DNA from: an uncultured bacterium
GTDB lineage: Bacteria; Lernaellota; Lernaellaia; Lernaellales; Lernaellaceae
Assembly (NCBI GenBank): GCA_964534375.1
Contig: CAZHPN010000035.1
Location: 1 to 40,859 of the forward strand
Direction: 5' to 3'
Length of the DNA: 40,859 bases
Part shown: positions 36,246 through 40,859 of the stretch, piece by piece
How the letters are laid out: every line of letters starts with the position of its first letter
Numbering within the stretch: position 1 is the first letter of the stretch
Translations under genes and position numbers: made by a program
Notes under the pieces: generated by a model
What the model was told of the DNA's origin: nothing
Databases searched by the model: none
The model's input: the letters and a program-made list of their open reading frames with translations, nothing else

Positions 36246-36956
36246 TTGACCCGGGGGACGACCGTGAACTTGACCAATATGGCAGGCCCGTGGGGCCGGG
36301 TGGCGCTGTTCGGTTACGAGCGCTTCATTGCACCGGGGGTCGCGCCGCTGCACTGGATGATGACCGACGACTTCTTCGCCGACCTGCCCGCCGGCTGCCG
36401 CGTGCTGGACGTCGGCTGCGGTTCGGGCGACGTGCTGTGCCGGCTCGCGGCGCGGCTGCCGCAGATCGAGGCGCTGGGCGTGGACTTCTCCGCGGCTCAG
36501 ATCGTGCGGGCGCGGCGGCGCGCGGCCGGCATCGCCAATGTCTCGTTCGCGATCGGCGACGCCATGAACCTGCCGCTGCCGGATAGCTCGCGCGATCTGG
36601 TCATCTCGATTGCGGCGCTCAAGTTCTGGCCCGATCCGTTGCAGGGGCTCCGCGAGCTGCGGCGCGTCTGCCGGCCGACGGGGCGGGTCTGGATCGCCGA
36701 GGCCGACCCCGAATGCTCGGAGGCCGACGCCCGCGCGTTTACGGCCCGGTGGCGCGGCGTGGCGCCCGGCCTGCGGTCGTTCGTCGCCTGGGGGTTCCGC
36801 CGGTCGATCGCCAGCCGGGGCGTGAGCTGCGCCGACCTGCTCGACCTGTTCCGCCGGGCCGGCTTCGCCGAGGCCTATGCGCGCCCGGCGCCCGGCCTGC
36901 CGCTGCTGATCGGCGTCGCCGGCGACGAGCCGTTGGCGCGAAACGCGGTTTGTTGA
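36246..36956 (+). CDS. class I SAM-dependent methyltransferase
   Basis: VLDVGCGSG, GVDFS, GDAMNLP, LRRVCRPTG; true start may be 36264 or 36279. Confidence 0.88.
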   Translation: MTRGTTVNLTNMAGPWGRVALFGYERFIAPGVAPLHWMMTDDFFADLPAGCRVLDVGCGSGDVLCRLAARLPQIEALGVDFSAAQIVRARRRAAGIANVSFAIGDAMNLPLPDSSRDLVISIAALKFWPDPLQGLRELRRVCRPTGRVWIAEADPECSEADARAFTARWRGVAPGLRSFVAWGFRRSIASRGVSCADLLDLFRRAGFAEAYARPAPGLPLLIGVAGDEPLARNAVC

Positions 36957-36990
36957 TGCGGGCAGTCCGTATTCCGCGTCCGAGGCTGCC

Positions 36991-37280
36991 TCAGCCGAGC
37001 CCCTTTTCCCCATAACGATTGTGATGGACGAAATCCGCGATCTCGCGGCGCACGCGCAGCGCGGGGCCCGGCGGCGCGGCGAGATAGCCGACGCGCACGG
37101 CGAAGGCGATCGTCAAAGGCTCGGGAATGCCCAGGATGATCTTCACCGCTTTTTCCGCCGGCGGGGCGGCGAGGGCGCTGATCACGTGGCACGCGATCCC
37201 CAGCGATGCGGCCATGAGCCAGATGTTTTCGAGCATGCAGCCCAGGCTGATGATGCCGAGGAAATCGCCCGGCGAGGCCG
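36991..37280 (-). pseudogene. C-terminal fragment of a nitroreductase-family gene
   Basis: SLGCMLENIWLMAASLGIACH..ILGIP..RVGY..RR; no N-terminal half and no start. Confidence 0.7.
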
Positions 37281-37673
37281 GCGGGCGCCGCTGTTTTGCA
37301 GCGCGCCGAATGTCGTGCGCCCCGCGCACAGCAGCGGCGCGGCGGCGGCCGAGGCGAGTTCGTCGGGAATCGCGGCGAGCACCTCCGCGCGGGCGATCAT
37401 CCGCTCGGCGTAGCCGCCGTCGGTGGACAGCCCCGTGGTCAGCGCCTTCTCGCAGTCGCTGAAGGCGCCGCAACGGCAGGCCGGGCAACAGCCGCAGTGG
37501 CCGGCGTGCCAGCCGACGCCGACCCGCTGGCCGACCTGCCACCCGAGGTCGGGCGCGCCGACTTTCTCGATCGCGCCCACCACTTCGTGGCCGGGAACAA
37601 GCGGGTACTTGAGGTTCGGGAAGTGACCTTCTTTGGCGATGGCGCCGCCGTGGCAAATGCCGCACGCCTCGAC
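37281..37673 (-). pseudogene. N-terminal GroES-domain fragment of a Zn-dependent alcohol dehydrogenase
   Basis: VEACGICH, PGHEVVG, CGCCPACRCG..C, DGGYAE, APLLCAG; in-frame TAA just upstream; ends before the Rossmann domain. Confidence 0.85.
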
Positions 37674-37727
37674 TTAAGGTGAGGGGAATTTCCCATGCCG
37701 TCACGGTCGACCGACCGCGGCAATATC

Positions 37728-37814
37728 CCGGGAGCGCGGGTGTCCCCACCCGCTCCGGGACCGCCGGCGTCCCGCCGGCGTTGCACTTGCTGGGAGCGTC
37801 TAGCCTGCCCTCGC
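37728..37814. repeat. REP-like GGAGCGC/GGACCGC palindromic repeats (2 intact, 1 degenerate)
   Basis: ccgggagc-gcgggtg-tccc-cacccgc; ccgggacc-gccggcg-tcc-cgccggc; ctgggagcgtc.. Confidence 0.7.
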
Positions 37815-38271
37815 GAAAGCGGGGATCTCCGTCGGCGTTGAATAATCTTTCGTCGCCAATGGGGCCGTTAGCGCTTATACCAACACCGATTTGAACACAG
37901 GACGGGCGAAGAGATCCTTAAGGGATCTCATAGCAGCGCCCGGCCTGTGGATAAATCGGGTCGCGGCTGGCAAGATTTTTTCTTTCCAGGCTGTGCACGT
38001 GCGCGGTCAGGCACAGGCGATAGTGCGCAACCGTCGTGGACGTGGAAATGACGGCGATCACCGCCGGGTAGATGCGCAACGGCCAAACCGCCGGGCGCCG
38101 GCGCACGCACGTGCCATGGATCCCCAGCCCCCAATCCCCAAACTGTCGGTCGGCTCGCAGGCCGAAGCGGCGCTTTCTTGACGCCTTCTCCGAGTGTCGC
38201 CACGCTTTCGGACAATGGAACTATTTCGCCCGTGGTCGCGTTCGCCGTTGGCGAGATACAGGGAAATTCTC

Positions 38272-38613
38272 AACACAGAGGGCACAGGGAGAACCACAGC
38301 GCGGCAAAGCCGCAACCGAATTTCGGATTGCGGATTGCGGATTGCGGAATGAACCGGCGCGGGGCCGGCGTGGTTTCATTGCGCCCGGTTGGCGAACGGG
38401 CACGGCGCCGACAATCCCATGAGTCCCATTGGTCCCATAAGTCCCATTATTCCCAGGCGCAACAACGGTGCAACGAAAATCGTGGCGCAAGAACAAGAAA
38501 CGAACCGTTAGTAGTACAGAGTCGGCGCGCATTCGCAGCGCGACCGCGCGCCACGGATGCGCGCCGCTGCGCTCCCTGTGCTCTCCGTTCTCCCTCTCTG
38601 TGGCCTCTGTGTT
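38272..38613. repeat. nested composite repeat element
   Basis: Outer inverted ACACAGAGG-type repeats; inner segment between ACAG copies; CGGATTG x4 (last copy CGGAATG); TCCCA(T) 9-nt period x5. Confidence 0.75.
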
Positions 38614-38660
38614 TAAAGTTCCCGCCACCGCCGAACAACGGCTTGCGGCTGGCGCCCACT

Positions 38661-39944
38661 TTATTTCGTCCCAGCCGCAGTCGGCTCGGGCGTCGCCGGC
38701 GGCGCCGCGGCGGTCGGGGGTGCGAAGTCCGTTTCGGTAACGTCGCGGACGCAGCGAAATCCGACCGAGTTTTCGCGGTGGTCGGGTTCAAACGAAACGC
38801 GTGTGGATGCGCGGACGATTCTGGAGCACACGACCCAACTGCCGCCGCGCGCGACGCGGTGTTCTCCGGCATCGGGACCCCGCGGATCGTTCGCGGACGC
38901 GGTCTTGTAATACTCTCTGTCAAACCAATCCGAGCACCATTCCCAAACGTTGCCCAGCATGTCGTAAAGCCCGTATGCGTTCGGCTTTTTCTGGCCGACG
39001 GGGTGACTCTTTCGTCCGGAGTTGTCATCATACCAGGCAATTAAATCCAGGTCGTCGTACTGCGGCCCACGAGTCCCACCGCGCGCGGCGTATTCCCACT
39101 CCGCCTCAGTCGGCAAGCGTTTCTTCGCCTCCAAGCAATAACGGTTTGCATCATACCACGACACATTTTCAACGGGGCAGAAAGCGCACCGATTGAAATG
39201 ACTCGGATTATTCCGCGTCTTGACGAAATACGCCGCCGAGGTCACCGGAGTTGCGTCCATCCAGAAACTTTTCACCGTTACTTGATGGCCGGGGGTTTCC
39301 GTCCCGTCGCAGTCTGAATCACCTGGCGAGCAACCCATTGCAAATGTCCCGGCGGGAATCCTAACCATTTCCGGGCCGGCGTACCGCGTCGGCGACAATC
39401 CGCCGTTTCTCAACAGGGAAGTCAGGTTCGCGGAAACAATGGAAATCGCAAAAACCAAGCCAAAAGTCCGCACAAGCGACTTCCCGTTTGGGGATGTCGC
39501 CGGTGCGTCCGCAGGGGGCTGAGCGTTTTTTCGCCGCCGTTCGGCCACGACAAAATTCCTTAAATAAAGGCCGGCGATCGTGCAATTCAATAGGTAGCTG
39601 GTCACGACAAGGGACGTTAGCGCATAGTACGTAACCATCTTCACCGGATAAATATATATTATTTGAAGGTACGCGGCCACGCCGGACAAAAAACAATAAT
39701 AGAGCAACGGGAATTTAACGCTCCATTTTTCATTCCGGCCCCAGGCGGCCAGCACGATCGTTCCGACGGTAAACATGATGAGAAAGGGGGAGATTCGAAT
39801 CTGCGCTTGCTCGCTCAGCAAAGAACGCCCGAATCCACCCGAGGACGCCAGAAATGCGAGCGCAAAATCAACGTGGGGGTACGCAAGATTCACGCCAAGG
39901 GCCACGACAACGGCGAGGATGCGCCACACGTACCGGATTAGCAT
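38661..39944 (-). CDS. multi-TM protein fused to an FGE-sulfatase (SUMF1-like) domain; candidate RHS immunity-position gene
   Basis: About five hydrophobic segments, then RLPTEAEWEYAARGG, NAYGLYDMLGNVWEWC, RGGSW, GFRC; ATG 39944; 427 aa. Confidence 0.8.
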   Translation of the reverse strand: MLIRYVWRILAVVVALGVNLAYPHVDFALAFLASSGGFGRSLLSEQAQIRISPFLIMFTVGTIVLAAWGRNEKWSVKFPLLYYCFLSGVAAYLQIIYIYPVKMVTYYALTSLVVTSYLLNCTIAGLYLRNFVVAERRRKNAQPPADAPATSPNGKSLVRTFGLVFAISIVSANLTSLLRNGGLSPTRYAGPEMVRIPAGTFAMGCSPGDSDCDGTETPGHQVTVKSFWMDATPVTSAAYFVKTRNNPSHFNRCAFCPVENVSWYDANRYCLEAKKRLPTEAEWEYAARGGTRGPQYDDLDLIAWYDDNSGRKSHPVGQKKPNAYGLYDMLGNVWEWCSDWFDREYYKTASANDPRGPDAGEHRVARGGSWVVCSRIVRASTRVSFEPDHRENSVGFRCVRDVTETDFAPPTAAAPPATPEPTAAGTK

Positions 39945-39984
39945 TTGATTGCCCCAAGGAACATCGATTCCCCTTTTTATTTCT

Positions 39985-40857
39985 CTAGTCACGCGGAAGA
40001 TTCGACAACGGACCGGCTTGATCCAAAGCGAAATTCGTACCAGCCAAGGCCGAGCTTCCACAATGGCACAGATCGAGGCACGAAGCCTGCGCGTTGAGTA
40101 CCTTGTCCCAATCGGTCGTTGCATTTGTTCCGGATAAGCACAGTTTCTTCTCGCCAAAGAAACAGGACAAGATGCAACTCACGCAATTCTTGAGATCCTG
40201 GTATGTAGTAATGATCTTTACGGCTTTATCCCCCCAATCCTTCAATGTTTTCGCAATGTTGTCCCCTTTGTCCCCGTTGCCCGATGAGTCAAACTCACTT
40301 AAAGGCTTGTTATCTGCATATCCGTATCCGTCAAAAAGGCGAGATTTGTCCGGCAACCGATTGTCCCGCGCAATCGGATCCGCCTGCAAATACCTCCCCG
40401 CGACCGGGTCGTAGAACCGGTGCCAATTGTAATACAGCCCCGTCTCCTGGTCATAATACTGCCCCGGCCGCCGAATGTTCATCGTCACGTGCGTGCCGGT
40501 ATTGCCGGGGTCGTCATTGAGGTCGGCGGTCTCGCCGAACGGCGCGTACCACGTTTGCCAGACGACGCTGCCGCTGGCGTTCGTCATGGCAATCGGCGAG
40601 CCGAGGTTGTCGGTGTGCACCCAATACGGAGTGTACGTCGGCTGCACGAGTACTGTCCCCCACGAACGGCCGGCGAAGGCCGCGAGGCCGGCCGTCGTTA
40701 CGACGGTCAACCCGGCTACCACCGTCAATTTTACTTTGCCGCGCGCATCATACCGCCGCCAGCGCGGCAGGATCAAGCAACCCGACATCGGCAAGAGCAG
40801 CCATGCCAGTTCGAGCGGCGACGAATGAGTCGCACGGCCCGCCGTGCGGATCGCCGG
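39985..40857 (-). CDS. RHS repeat-associated core domain protein, 3' part (runs off the window), with 97-aa C-terminal extension
   Basis: HTDNLGS, YAPFGE, PGQYYDQETGLYYNWHRFYDP..GRYLQADPI, PLSEFDSSG (PxxxxDPxG-like); frame open to the edge. Confidence 0.93.
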   Translation of the reverse strand, partial: PAIRTAGRATHSSPLELAWLLLPMSGCLILPRWRRYDARGKVKLTVVAGLTVVTTAGLAAFAGRSWGTVLVQPTYTPYWVHTDNLGSPIAMTNASGSVVWQTWYAPFGETADLNDDPGNTGTHVTMNIRRPGQYYDQETGLYYNWHRFYDPVAGRYLQADPIARDNRLPDKSRLFDGYGYADNKPLSEFDSSGNGDKGDNIAKTLKDWGDKAVKIITTYQDLKNCVSCILSCFFGEKKLCLSGTNATTDWDKVLNAQASCLDLCHCGSSALAGTNFALDQAGPLSNLPRD

Positions 40858-40859
40858 CG

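Noticed and set aside
35565..37013. N-terminal extension of the 648-aa ORF 35067-37013
   Set aside because: Overlaps two real genes; the real start is ATG 35564 with a GGAGG RBS
37900..37960. Perfect DnaA box (TGTGGATAA, 37946-37954) and nearby palindrome as a replication origin
   Set aside because: Single box, no AT-rich unwinding element, no dnaA/dnaN/gidA context
37850..38260. Short ORFs between the REP repeats and the nested element
   Set aside because: No RBS, motif or consistent codon bias that I can support

Overview
GC-rich bacterial chromosomal window, probably from a deltaproteobacterium-like (Myxococcota-related or candidate-lineage) anaerobe or microaerophile; this is inferred from the myxobacterial-type TolQ, the beta-barrel, the Cys-repeat proteins and the Asp-rich linkers. 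Left to right: a candidate structured small RNA; a secreted papain-family (C1A) protease with an adjacent chagasin-type inhibitor; an exbB/exbD/tonB-like motor operon converging on a six-gene envelope operon (two 49-aa/10-Cys tandem-repeat surface proteins, a TraB/OmpA-type beta-barrel, a degenerate NlpC/P60-like lipoprotein, two unknown exported proteins); ybaK; a RAYT HUH transposase with flanking REP-like repeats; a DUF4236-TPR protein; a PhnD-like binding protein; two TMTC-like GT-C glycosyltransferases; an orphan MNT nucleotidyltransferase; an S41 peptidase; a TatD-radical SAM fusion; another GT-C protein; a PerR-led oxygen-defence operon (rubrerythrin, ferritin-like, rubredoxin, superoxide reductase, ferritin, cydAB); typA; an NAD(P)-binding protein; a second ferritin-like/rubrerythrin cluster ending in an lgt-like gene; a methyltransferase; a chimeric ADH/nitroreductase pseudogene; nested short-repeat elements; and the 3' end of an RHS toxin followed by a membrane/FGE-domain protein. 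The best candidate for an undescribed system is the TolQR/TonB-like motor plus beta-barrel plus Cys-repeat adhesin locus (2541-12257). All calls come from reading motifs by eye; no searches were run.
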